Source: a virus
Length of the DNA: 64,000 nucleotides
Virus record (IMG/VR): IMGVR_UViG_3300017832_000040
Coordinates: 2,447 to 66,446 of that record
Direction: 5' to 3' (one strand)
A program made the position numbers and the translations under genes. How positions within the stretch are numbered: position 1 is the stretch's first letter; each line of letters opens with the position of its first letter. Under the pieces are notes generated by a model, which searched no databases, was not told where the DNA came from, and saw only the letters and a list, made by a program, of their open reading frames with translations. This document shows, piece after piece, positions 8,598-17,229 of the stretch.

Positions 8598-8882
8598 TCA
8601 CTCGGCAATCTCGAAGCCGGCCTCTTTCAGAGCTTGCAGGCAGGCAGCAACCTCGGCAGCCTCCTTCACCAGGCGATCGGCTAGGATGGTCCCACCGGAC
8701 GTCCCGACCGTCCCGAGCTCGAACCTGTGACCGCGCGATCTGACATAGATCTTCCGGTCGAACGATGAGGCGATACCGCCCGAGAGCGTCCAGCCAGTGA
8801 TGCAGTTCCAGTCAGCCTTGCTCCCCCAGCGGGCAAGCACCTCGCGGACCGTTTCGACCTGAGCCTGGGTGGGGTTCTGCAT
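8598..8882 (-). CDS. early hypothetical protein
   Basis: Leader variant ACTCATGGAGGAGA; ATG 8882. Confidence 0.7.
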   Translation of the reverse strand: MQNPTQAQVETVREVLARWGSKADWNCITGWTLSGGIASSFDRKIYVRSRGHRFELGTVGTSGGTILADRLVKEAAEVAACLQALKEAGFEIAE

Positions 8883-9163
8883 CTTCTCCTCCATGAGTTT
8901 GTGCAGCCTTTACGTCTACGACTTTGAGCTGGGACTAGGTCTAGTCAATGGGAAAAACGCACCCGATCAGCTGGAAAACGCACGGCCTGTCTACCTCCCT
9001 GGTTGTGGTGTCCCCCTACTCACCGACTAGCGTGAGCTCACACTACCGACAGTCAAGGTCCCACTACTCGGGCAGACATTAACCTTAACCATTAACCTTA
9101 CCCTCCCCCGGCCGGTCTGGCGTACGCACGGGCGGCTGACGACGGACACCCGATCGGTCGAGC

Positions 9164-9402
9164 TGCGCCGAGGCGTTGCGAGCTGTGCCGAGGCTCCCCG
9201 ACCGGAACATGCGCCGAGGCGTTCTACCCGATCGAGCTGCGCCGAGGCTTCCCTGCGCCGAAGCGTCCGAGCTGCGCCGAAACGAACTGCGCCGAAGCGG
9301 CCTACGTGCGCCGAGGTCGGACAGCTGCGCCGAAGCGATCGATCGGCGCCGAGGCGTCCGGGCAAGACATGCGCCGAGGCTCCCGACCTGCGCCGAGGCG
9401 TT
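9164..9402. repeat. array of 12 copies of consensus TGCGCCGA(G/A)GC
   Basis: Copies at 9164, 9184, 9210, 9238, 9254, 9273, 9288, 9307, 9326, 9345, 9370, 9389; some carry one mismatch. Confidence 0.9.
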
Positions 9403-9463
9403 ACCAAGATCAGGAGCCAATCGATGTGAGTTTGTAGCCATTCCGTCGTGCAATTGATTGCAC

Positions 9464-9985
9464 TCACCAGTCGTAGCGGTGGAAGAAGCCGGGCTGGACG
9501 TTGAACCTCTGTGCGACCTCCCCCAGGCAGTCCTTGTCGAGGAGATCGCAGACGTCGTGCTGCGCCCACTCCATCTCATTCTTGAACGCGTCGGTCTTCA
9601 CCCAGATCGGATGGTCATCCTCGCCGTCGATCACGATCACCTGGGTGAGCTCGGTGCCGATCTCGGCAAGCCACCGGACCTTGGTGTGGGCCTTCACCAC
9701 GCCGCACCCGAGCGATTTCAGCATCTCGGGCTGGAACTGCCGGATCATGTTGCGGGCTTCCTCCATCATGAACGGGTTGAGGCAGTACAGCGCCTCCCGC
9801 CTGTTCTCCAACACCAGCGGGTCGAACTCGATGCGGTCACCATTGGCTGTCGCTTTCGCCTTGGCTGGAGTGGGGACAAGAAGCGGGCTAACGGCTGAGT
9901 TTAGAGGTCCACCGGCCAGGGATGAGGTTGTCTGGAGGAATGTGCTGGCCAGTAGGGCAGCTGTCAGGATGGCTTTGAGCTTCAT
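9464..9985 (-). CDS. secreted hypothetical protein
   Basis: Signal peptide MKLKAILTAALLAS...SLA; AGGAG SD. Confidence 0.7.
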   Translation of the reverse strand: MKLKAILTAALLASTFLQTTSSLAGGPLNSAVSPLLVPTPAKAKATANGDRIEFDPLVLENRREALYCLNPFMMEEARNMIRQFQPEMLKSLGCGVVKAHTKVRWLAEIGTELTQVIVIDGEDDHPIWVKTDAFKNEMEWAQHDVCDLLDKDCLGEVAQRFNVQPGFFHRYDW

Positions 9986-10190
9986 GGGTCTCTCCTGCTG
10001 TTTCCTTGAAATTTCCCCTGTTCTGGATGCTATAGTGCAATTAATTGCACAGAGACGGACATAAGCAAGGGTTTATCGAGGTTTCTCGATCATTGTGGTT
10101 CCTCTGTTCCTGGCTGTCTTAGGGCGTCTCCCTAATCGTCTCCCTGGAGATGTTTGTCTGGGGTTCTATCGGGGTGTGTTGTCCCTCGGA

Positions 10191-10490
10191 TCACTGGTAG
10201 GTTCCTCCCCAGATCAGCAGTGTGATGATGACGACGAACACCATTCCTGCCTTTGCGGAGGTGCTGGCTTTGTAGGGATCACGGCGTTTGATGAGAGCTG
10301 TGATTCCTGCTGCGATGATTCCCACGATGGTTAGGAATAGTGCTCCCCCGAAAAGTTCTCCGATGTACCTCCCCACGTAGACATACTTCTGAGGGTCATA
10401 GGCGTAGTGCGGTGAGACGATTGCGAGGAACCCTATGCAGAGGATCGAGACCCCGAAGATCGCTCCCACGACGCTTGCGGTTTTCTTCAT
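10191..10490 (-). CDS. membrane protein (3 TM segments)
   Basis: Hydrophobic segments; AGGGAGG SD. Confidence 0.65.
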   Translation of the reverse strand: MKKTASVVGAIFGVSILCIGFLAIVSPHYAYDPQKYVYVGRYIGELFGGALFLTIVGIIAAGITALIKRRDPYKASTSAKAGMVFVVIITLLIWGGTYQ

Positions 10491-10563
10491 CTTCTCCCTC
10501 CCTGGAGTGTTGGTGGTCCCCGCGTGAGTATGCAGTCGACTGATCGGTTGACTCAACGGGGAT

Positions 10564-10911
10564 TCAGGTTTCGGCCTCCAGCATCTGTGTAGGTTCCCCG
10601 GTTTGTTTGATGAAGATGTGCTTCCCCACCGAGATGACCATGCGGACGTGAGAGGATGCGCCCAGCGGATCTCCGTCAGGGCTGTCGTAGGATTCAGATG
10701 TGAAGTGGTTCAGCCCCCGACAGGCCGCATCGTAGGCTGCACGTATGCCACCGGGGTGACGATCGGCTGCCCAATGCAAGATGTTGGCGATCATGTCTCC
10801 CGCGATGACTTCGGGGCCGTCGTCCTTCTCGGACAGTCCTTGTGCCTTCGCGAATGCCTGGATAGCTGCTGCCACAGACTTCGCCCGATCTTCATTGGAA
10901 GGTATGGTCAT
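10564..10911 (-). CDS. hypothetical protein
   Basis: NEDRA...GDMIANILHWA; AGGAGG SD. Confidence 0.65.
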   Translation of the reverse strand: MTIPSNEDRAKSVAAAIQAFAKAQGLSEKDDGPEVIAGDMIANILHWAADRHPGGIRAAYDAACRGLNHFTSESYDSPDGDPLGASSHVRMVISVGKHIFIKQTGEPTQMLEAET

Positions 10912-11147
10912 TTCGCCTCCTTGTGCATTTGATTGCACGGAAGGTCTTCGATCTTGTACACCTTGCCGTTGTTGAGCTTGATCTCGGCTATGATGTCTTC
11001 CCCCTCTTCCCTGCAGGTGTTGTAGAAGACGGCCGCGAACACACGGCTGTCCCACCAGAGCACCAGCCAGGCGAACTTGAGGAAGTTCCTGCTGTTTCTG
11101 AGTCGTTGCTTGAACTCATCCCAGGTGGTCCAGCGATGTTGGTTCAT
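10908..11147 (-). CDS. hypothetical protein
   Basis: ATGA coupling at both ends. Confidence 0.55.
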   Translation of the reverse strand: MNQHRWTTWDEFKQRLRNSRNFLKFAWLVLWWDSRVFAAVFYNTCREEGEDIIAEIKLNNGKVYKIEDLPCNQMHKEAK

Positions 11148-11392
11148 GGGTTCTCCCCCGAGGCTTCCCCCAAGGCATCGCAAATGGCCTGCAGGAGCTT
11201 GTTCGAGGCGACCTTGTGGGTATGGGAGCTCTGCAGGAGTTGGTCTCTGGCTGCCTTCGCCGTGGGCTTGTCGGGGTACTCCAGTTTGATGAGCCCCGAT
11301 TTGGGCTGCAGCACATGGAAGTGGCAGCCGGAGTCCGAGACCGTGATCGGTCCGAGGAAGGTGATAGAGGATTGTCTGGTTTCCCGCCTCAT
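11144..11392 (-). CDS. hypothetical protein
   Basis: ATGA coupling at both ends. Confidence 0.55.
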   Translation of the reverse strand: MRRETRQSSITFLGPITVSDSGCHFHVLQPKSGLIKLEYPDKPTAKAARDQLLQSSHTHKVASNKLLQAICDALGEASGENP

Positions 11393-11904
11393 TGCCGTTC
11401 CGATGCAATTAATTGCGCAAACTGGAGCTTGCGATCGAGCAGTTCCCCGGTTGTCTCGATGATGATGTCTTTGTCGGTGATGACGGCGTAACCTCCCCCG
11501 AACTCGTCGTACCTCATCTTGTCGCAAGTGTTCGCCCACTGGAAGCCGAACGGGAGAGCAGACTTGCAGACTGCCTGGATGAGGTTCGCGACGGCGGAGA
11601 TGTCCATATTCTCCCCCGTGAAGTAGGCGCGCTTGCCGTCCTCGTGTTCCTCGATACCGATCTCGCAGCCGAAGATGGTGAAGTCGGGATCATCGAACAT
11701 CGCCTTGAAGCTGGCGAATGGATCGTCATTCCCCTCCTGCAGCGGGAAGCTCTGCTTGAAAGTCCCCGACGTCAGATCGTACCGCTCGGGGCCGTTGTCA
11801 CCGTCTTCGAGATCAGCAGCAACCTCGACGCACTCCATCAGCAGAGCTGCCTCTGCGGTCGTTACCTCCAGCTCAAAGGCTGCCATGGTGTAGTGGTTTG
11901 CCAT
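11389..11904 (-). CDS. acidic phage hypothetical protein
   Basis: MANHYT...WANTCDKMRYDEFGGG; SD and promoter TTGCAC-N16-TAGAGT. Confidence 0.75.
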   Translation of the reverse strand: MANHYTMAAFELEVTTAEAALLMECVEVAADLEDGDNGPERYDLTSGTFKQSFPLQEGNDDPFASFKAMFDDPDFTIFGCEIGIEEHEDGKRAYFTGENMDISAVANLIQAVCKSALPFGFQWANTCDKMRYDEFGGGYAVITDKDIIIETTGELLDRKLQFAQLIASERQ

Positions 11905-11933
11905 ATGTCCTCCCTGACTTACGCACACTCACT

Positions 11934-12140
11934 CTAGCTCAAATCCGATCTTGTGCAATTGATTGCACGCTCCATGCCGACGCGAGGCCCAAGAATCTCC
12001 ATCATGCGCTTGATTTCCTCGCGGCCGTAGCCGAGGTCATAGAGGAAGGCCAAGGCGAAGTACGGGTGCTTCTCACGGCACAGATTCTCGAATATCTCAG
12101 CACTACGCCGGAGCTCACCTTCCTTGGTGCCTCCCATCAT
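11934..12140 (-). CDS. small hypothetical protein flanked by two palindromes
   Basis: GGAGG SD; palindromes at 11954 and 12156. Confidence 0.55.
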   Translation of the reverse strand: MMGGTKEGELRRSAEIFENLCREKHPYFALAFLYDLGYGREEIKRMMEILGPRVGMERAINCTRSDLS

Positions 12141-12191
12141 GGTCGCCTCCATTCGTGCAATCAATTGCACACGACATTCCGACCGATACGA

Positions 12192-12722
12192 TCACGTATC
12201 GGCTTTCGCCTTCTGCCGGAGGACCCACTTGACCATGTTCATGATCGCTTCCTCCTTGTTGACGATACCCTTGCCGGCCTTCTGGCCCTTGAACATGAGC
12301 AACGCCTTCTCGAACTGGGCGTACTCCTTGGGCTCGAAGTAACAGAGCACCGCTCGCTTGTTCTCGACGGGCTCATTGCCCTGCAGCACCTGCTCTAGGT
12401 CCTTGGCCGTGTACTGCTCAGCCTTCTTCAACAGCTCGGCGTAGTTCTGCTTGTCGATGAACCGGGTCAGTATCTTGAGTTTGGTCCACCCGATGCGGCG
12501 CAGACGATCCTTCGGCACCGGTATCTTGCTGAACACCCGGTCGATGGTAACGAGATAATAAGCCTTCCTCTGCTTTAGTCCCGAGTGATTGAGCGCCAGG
12601 CGGAACTTCTCGGGGTCCGTATCCTGTAGCTCCCGGAGCGTCTTGCCGAGCTCTATGAAGTTTTTGTCGACGGCCTTAGCAAGACCGACGACCTGGTGAT
12701 ACAGGTCAGGTGAGTTGTTCAT
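12192..12722 (-). CDS. putative DNA-binding protein, GWxKL family paralog 1 (DUF3102-like)
   Basis: FIELGKTLRELQ...RKAYYLV...IGWTKLKIL; AGGAGG SD. Confidence 0.65.
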   Translation of the reverse strand: MNNSPDLYHQVVGLAKAVDKNFIELGKTLRELQDTDPEKFRLALNHSGLKQRKAYYLVTIDRVFSKIPVPKDRLRRIGWTKLKILTRFIDKQNYAELLKKAEQYTAKDLEQVLQGNEPVENKRAVLCYFEPKEYAQFEKALLMFKGQKAGKGIVNKEEAIMNMVKWVLRQKAKADT

Positions 12723-12893
12723 CCCACTCCTCCTTGAGTAAGGACTGTACACCGCGCCGGCCCAGCATTAGTTGCGTTGTGCCCGGCCCCGGATGCTACC
12801 TTTATACAGGGAACCGGGCTAATAGCCAAGGTGTTTCGCAACTAATTGCACGAAATTACAGTCTTGATACTCCTGATAAAGTCCGACGTCCGA

Positions 12894-13238
12894 TCATAGA
12901 TAGTCCACCATTTCTACCTGCTGCCCTTTTGTAAAGTCAGGCACCAGCAGATCTAAATCAACTTTGTCTGTGTAAGGGTTCAGTACACCTCCTTCCTTGA
13001 TCTCTACCCCTCGCAGGTAGGTTGCAATAAATTGCGGGTATGTCATGACGGGGAGGCCCCGCTCCTTGGCTCTCCTAGCCTTCACTGTATCTGTTCTGCT
13101 CGCGACCAGGACCTCCGTGTTTTTTCTGACACTCCGTTGGACCTCCATGCCGACCTCCTGACAGGCGGCGGCGAGGTTCGCGCGGAGGATGGCCTTGCCA
13201 GAGCTGTCCACCGCTGGGCCTGTGAAGACAACCTTCAT
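12894..13238 (-). CDS. stand-alone BRCT-domain protein
   Basis: VVFTG...R...GMEVQRSVRKNTEVLVA...KARRAKERGLPVMTYPQF. Confidence 0.8.
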   Translation of the reverse strand: MKVVFTGPAVDSSGKAILRANLAAACQEVGMEVQRSVRKNTEVLVASRTDTVKARRAKERGLPVMTYPQFIATYLRGVEIKEGGVLNPYTDKVDLDLLVPDFTKGQQVEMVDYL

Positions 13239-13253
13239 GGCACAGCCCTCCCC

Positions 13254-13688
13254 TCACGCGACCTGCTCGATGGCCCACGGGATCACGCCCTTCTTTTCCG
13301 CCACCTTCTTGGCGTACTTGATGAGCACGTATCCCTCCTCCGGGAACAGCTCCCATGAGATCATCCCGGACTTGTGGAGCCACTTCACGAGACCGTCCGA
13401 CTTGGCGATGATGTGGATCGTCTTCGGGTGCTCCATGTGCAGCTTGTACTTGAGCACGATGACCTCGCCCGGAGCTTTCTCCTTCTTCGCCGCCATATTG
13501 AGCTTCATCACCGGAGCGGGCTTGGCGGGCGGCATATACGCCTTGCAAACCGTGATCGGAACCACCTGGAAGCCCGTCGTCACCTTGTAGACGTCGTACT
13601 TCTTCTCATTGACCTGGGTCAGCTTGGCCGCGATCGCGTCAGCCACGGCCTTCTCTGCATAGATCATTTTGGTGGTTTCGGTGTGCAT
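13254..13688 (-). CDS. hypothetical protein
   Basis: CAGGAGGG SD; own promoter with palindrome. Confidence 0.7.
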   Translation of the reverse strand: MHTETTKMIYAEKAVADAIAAKLTQVNEKKYDVYKVTTGFQVVPITVCKAYMPPAKPAPVMKLNMAAKKEKAPGEVIVLKYKLHMEHPKTIHIIAKSDGLVKWLHKSGMISWELFPEEGYVLIKYAKKVAEKKGVIPWAIEQVA

Positions 13689-13820
13689 CGTTTCCCTCCT
13701 GGATTTAATGCATTTGGTATCTTCAACGTATGCTGACCCTACCTAGATGCAAGGGAAAACTGCAATTAATTGCGTGGCAACAGCGTGCAAACCTGCTGTC
13801 GGGTAGATCACGATCTCGCG

Positions 13821-14138
13821 TCAGGATTTGAGGCTCAGCTGGGCTCGGATTGAGGGATCACTGTCGCTCCCGTCCGAGATGACGTAGCCGCTCTCAATTA
13901 GCCTCTTAGTGAACCAGCGGTTATAGAAGAAAGGCCATACGACCCACTGGATGACGTTACCAATCCCCGCTGTTGCGGCGGCCAGGACAATCCCAAGCCC
14001 GACGTAGATGAAGAAGCCAAGCCAGTCTGCCCGGAACATGGCCGGGAACGGCCCGAAGAATAACGATGTCCAAGAAAAGCCGACGAATCCCTTCTTGGCC
14101 AAGCCGGACGGGTGCCTCAGTTCGATTTCACGTGCCAT
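13821..14138 (-). CDS. membrane protein (HrgC/DUF2628-like)
   Basis: GFSWTSLFFGPFPAMFRADW...FFYN...LIESGY. Confidence 0.7.
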   Translation of the reverse strand: MAREIELRHPSGLAKKGFVGFSWTSLFFGPFPAMFRADWLGFFIYVGLGIVLAAATAGIGNVIQWVVWPFFYNRWFTKRLIESGYVISDGSDSDPSIRAQLSLKS

Positions 14139-14209
14139 GGCTACCTCCTCCCAACCCCTCCACCTTTGACCTACAAAAACACACAAGCAAGGGCCATGTT
14201 TCCGCAGCG

Positions 14210-14416
14210 CTAGCTGATCTTGAGACACTTGAAGTCTAAGTCGCTGATAATGACGCCGTTCTTCTTCGCCACCTGAATAACCGCACCGACATAGATTGTG
14301 GATTTCCGGTAGCAGTCGATCTCGGACCGGAACAGATCGTCAGGCCCGAGGTTCATGCTGGTGGTGCCAGCGAACATAATGATGACCAACTTCCACACGT
14401 GTACCTCCCAACTCAA
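14210..14416 (-). CDS. small hypothetical protein (start uncertain)
   Basis: WKLVIIM...FRSEIDC...C. Confidence 0.45.
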   Translation of the reverse strand: MSWEVHVWKLVIIMFAGTTSMNLGPDDLFRSEIDCYRKSTIYVGAVIQVAKKNGVIISDLDFKCLKIS

Positions 14417-14451
14417 CGATCTGAATTGATCGCCGGGCGGTTAAAGTTCCC

Positions 14452-14646
14452 CTAGCGCAGCTTCACTTCCTCGTAGACGATCAGGACGTCCGGGTTGCCT
14501 TTGTTCTCTTCGAGGAGGCGGGCCATGTGGTCCTGTGCCGGCTCCGCCCTTCGGTAGGCCCATATACCTGGCTGTCCCTCGTTGTCCTTGACGAGCTCCA
14601 GAACGACATGAACGGAGTCGATGGACGGATCTGCAATCAATTGCAT
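14452..14646 (-). CDS. small hypothetical protein (starts MQLIA in the palindrome)
   Basis: Follows the DUF6011 gene directly. Confidence 0.45.
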   Translation of the reverse strand: MQLIADPSIDSVHVVLELVKDNEGQPGIWAYRRAEPAQDHMARLLEENKGNPDVLIVYEEVKLR

Positions 14647-14648
14647 CG

Positions 14649-15269
14649 CTACCCCCAAGGTAGACCATAGTTCTCAGCGCACACCTTGCCGTATCCGACG
14701 GCGGTGCTCTTCGGATCGCTGAGTGGCAGGTGGCAGAAGCAGCACCGGCCGTGCAGCTTGCCGTGCTTGGCGGCGGTCTTGACCGGATGCCGGGAGAGAG
14801 CTCTCAGGAGCACCGCGAGCTGTTCCTTGACCTTGGGATCGAGCGCCGGCACGGGGAAATACTGGCCGGTGGGGTCGACCTTGCCCGCGTAGGTGTGCTT
14901 GTCGACCTTCACATAGATGTGGCCTGGGTTCACGCTCTTCTCCCCAGCGCGCCAGATGCGGACCTCGCGGCCATCATCCAGTTTCAGGACAATCTCCGGC
15001 CGCTTGAGCTTCTTGGCAGCCTTCTCGAACATGGTGATGAGACCGGTGAGCTTGCCGACCTCGATCTTCTCACGCTCGGGCTTGGTGAAATCCGGGATGC
15101 CCTGAGCCATATCCGCGAGCTTGTCGACCCACAGCCACTGCTTGTCGGACAGTTGGCCCTTCTTGTCGAGCTGACGGAGGAGCGACTTGGCGAAGTCGAT
15201 CTTGGAAGCGGGAAGCCCACTCAGATGCTGCTTTAGCGTATCGGCTCTCTCTTTGAGGTCCATCATCAT
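14649..15269 (-). CDS. DUF6011-like zinc-finger protein
   Basis: C-terminal GRCCFCHLPLSDPKSTAVGYGKVCA. Confidence 0.75.
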   Translation of the reverse strand: MMMDLKERADTLKQHLSGLPASKIDFAKSLLRQLDKKGQLSDKQWLWVDKLADMAQGIPDFTKPEREKIEVGKLTGLITMFEKAAKKLKRPEIVLKLDDGREVRIWRAGEKSVNPGHIYVKVDKHTYAGKVDPTGQYFPVPALDPKVKEQLAVLLRALSRHPVKTAAKHGKLHGRCCFCHLPLSDPKSTAVGYGKVCAENYGLPWG

Positions 15270-15354
15270 TTTCCCTCCTGGATTAGATGATTGGAGATAC
15301 GCTCAACGTAACCTGGAGCCTCCTAAATGCAAGAGAAAATGCAATTAATTGCGA

Positions 15355-15397
15355 AAGAAATGGAGGCCCCTGGGGTGAGGCATCCCAAGGACCTCCA
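15355..15397 (-). terminator. rho-independent terminator
   Basis: TGGAGGTCCTTGGG...CCCAGGGGCCTCCA then TTTCTT. Confidence 0.65.
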
Positions 15398-15415
15398 GAC
15401 TGCCTAGTCCCTCTA

Positions 15416-16594
15416 TTAGGCAGCCTCGTCTCCGGCTTCCTCGATCTCGACAGAAATGTTCGTGTTCGGGAAAGCCTTCTCCAGAGCCTCCAGCGCGGCC
15501 TCTAGGCCCATCTTCTTGAGGCGCTGGCTCATCGTCTGTCCGCCGAGGAAGTCAAGGCAGATGTACTCCAGAGCTACAGTGTCGACCGTGGTGCTGGACT
15601 GCTCCTTGGCCTTGGCGATCGCGGCCTTGATCGTCTCCCTCTGGTCCTCGTGGACTTTGAAGGTCATCGTCGAGACGGGCTTGCTCGCCTCATCCCCGAT
15701 GAGCTTCGGGTTGTCCTTCTGCTTGTGCGACTTGACGGTCTCTATGAGCTGCAGGAGCGTCTGGCCTTCCGCGATCTTCACCCACTCGTCGACGTTCTCC
15801 AGCGTCATGACGGGGGCGATCTCTTTCAGCTTCGACCAGCCGAGGTGCTTGACCTTCTCCCACGGGACCTTGGACTCAGCGAGGTGATTGTAGATGGCTA
15901 CCCAATAGGTCGCCTTCCGGTAATGCATACCGAGTTCCTTCTCGACATACTCCCGGAACGTCCCATAGGGCGCATACCACCCGTTCGCCTGGATCACCGA
16001 GAGCACGCCGCCCAGCTTGAACAACGTCATCTCGGTCTCTTCATTCAGCGCCTGAACAGCCTCGCGGGCCTCGTGCTCTTTCAGGTTCTCGACCTCGTGC
16101 ACCAAGTCGGAGAGGACATCCTCGCCGGGCTTCTCGACCGTGCCTGACTTGGGGGCCTGGGCGACGGCCTTGGACTTGCCCTTGCCCTTCTTTTTGCCTT
16201 CGGACGCCTTAGCCGGCGCCGGCTCCTCGGCAGCCTCGATCTTCTTCGGCGCGGGCTTGGCTTCGGGCTTCGGCTCCTCGGCCTTGGGTTCTTCGGCCTT
16301 GGGCTGCTCGGGATCAGCCGGAGCCTCTTCGGTCTCCTCGAACTGTTCCTTGAGCCACGCGCGCTTTTCCTCGACCTTCATTTTGGCCCAACTGTCCGGG
16401 ACCTCGATCCCGTGTTCCACGACGAGGGCATCGAGCTCTTCGCTCGACATGGTGTCGACGTCGACGACGACCTCTTCCTCGGCGGCCTCGGGCTCCTCGA
16501 CCGGCTGGGGTGCCGGCTTCTCCAGCTCTTCATCAAGAGCGGCCTTCTTGCCCCCTTTAAGCAATGACAGGCTTGCTGCGCTAGACATAAGCAC
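15416..16594 (-). CDS. putative DNA-binding protein, GWxKL family paralog 2, with acidic/Pro-rich N-terminus
   Basis: LFKLGGVLSVIQ...FREYVEKELG...RKATYW...LGWSKLKEIA...MTFKVHEDQ. Confidence 0.7.
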   Translation of the reverse strand: MLMSSAASLSLLKGGKKAALDEELEKPAPQPVEEPEAAEEEVVVDVDTMSSEELDALVVEHGIEVPDSWAKMKVEEKRAWLKEQFEETEEAPADPEQPKAEEPKAEEPKPEAKPAPKKIEAAEEPAPAKASEGKKKGKGKSKAVAQAPKSGTVEKPGEDVLSDLVHEVENLKEHEAREAVQALNEETEMTLFKLGGVLSVIQANGWYAPYGTFREYVEKELGMHYRKATYWVAIYNHLAESKVPWEKVKHLGWSKLKEIAPVMTLENVDEWVKIAEGQTLLQLIETVKSHKQKDNPKLIGDEASKPVSTMTFKVHEDQRETIKAAIAKAKEQSSTTVDTVALEYICLDFLGGQTMSQRLKKMGLEAALEALEKAFPNTNISVEIEEAGDEAA

Positions 16595-16671
16595 GCACCC
16601 TCCTGGTACTCTGAATATGGTGAATGATGATCTACTCTAACCCTGGTGCAATTAATTGCACAAGTCCCTAC

Positions 16672-17229
16672 TCAATTTTTTCTTAATGGCAATGCGCCGG
16701 CTATCCGTCGCATCTCCACCGTGAGGCCCGGCAGCCTGTTCGCCTGCGCCAGCCCCAGACAAGCAAGCCCGTATGCATCGGCCGTGTTGTCGGACTTGCT
16801 CGCGTGTCCCCAGCGCTTGTAGACCCACATCATCATCTGGGACTTCGGCGTATTGCCTTTGCCCGTGACGAATTTCTTGAGCTCTGTCGCTCGGGGGTCG
16901 TACCACGAGAGCCCATCAACATGGAGCATGAAACGCAGCAGCCCGCCGATCTCGACGAGCGGCACCACGCTCGATGCATTGCGCATGTTGAGCGAGTACC
17001 CCTCTAGGACAATCTTGTCCGGTAGCCGTTCGTGAATCAATTCCATGATCTCTCCGACTACAAATTTTTGGCGCTCGATGCCCGTCTCATTCTTCGGCCG
17101 GATCTCCTTCTCCAATAGGAGATCTGGGATCTTTTCGCCGCTCTCGCGCAACAGCACGACGCCGGTAGCGGTAATGGACAGGTCTATGCCAAGCGAGGTG
17201 ATGGGCTTCTTAGGTGTTTTTCCAGTCAT
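16672..17229 (-). CDS. ruvC: RuvC-like Holliday junction resolvase
   Basis: LGIDLSITATG, VLEGY, LKKFVTGKGN.PK, DNTADA. Confidence 0.85.
   Translation of the reverse strand: MTGKTPKKPITSLGIDLSITATGVVLLRESGEKIPDLLLEKEIRPKNETGIERQKFVVGEIMELIHERLPDKIVLEGYSLNMRNASSVVPLVEIGGLLRFMLHVDGLSWYDPRATELKKFVTGKGNTPKSQMMMWVYKRWGHASKSDNTADAYGLACLGLAQANRLPGLTVEMRRIAGALPLRKN

Larger units (their letters stand above)
6531..8948 (-). promoter_or_regulatory. six repeated promoter + ACTCACGGAGGAGA leader modules
   Basis: Leader exact at 6531, 7367, 7907, 8359 and variant at 6864, 8885; each has a TTG(A/C)nn-N16-YAnnn(T/C) promoter upstream. Confidence 0.85.

Noticed and set aside
9079..9101. Full CtrA box TTAA-N7-TTAA
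   Set aside because: TTAA starts are 6, 7 and 13 bp apart, not 11; only half-site similarity is retained as a weak finding.
9164..9402. CRISPR array
   Set aside because: The repeat is only 10-11 bp with 4-17 bp between copies; no cas operon. The Cas4-like gene is a typical stand-alone phage nuclease.
9027..9579. ORFs across the repeat array
   Set aside because: Low-complexity Arg/Ser/Ala translations in several frames, with no SD.
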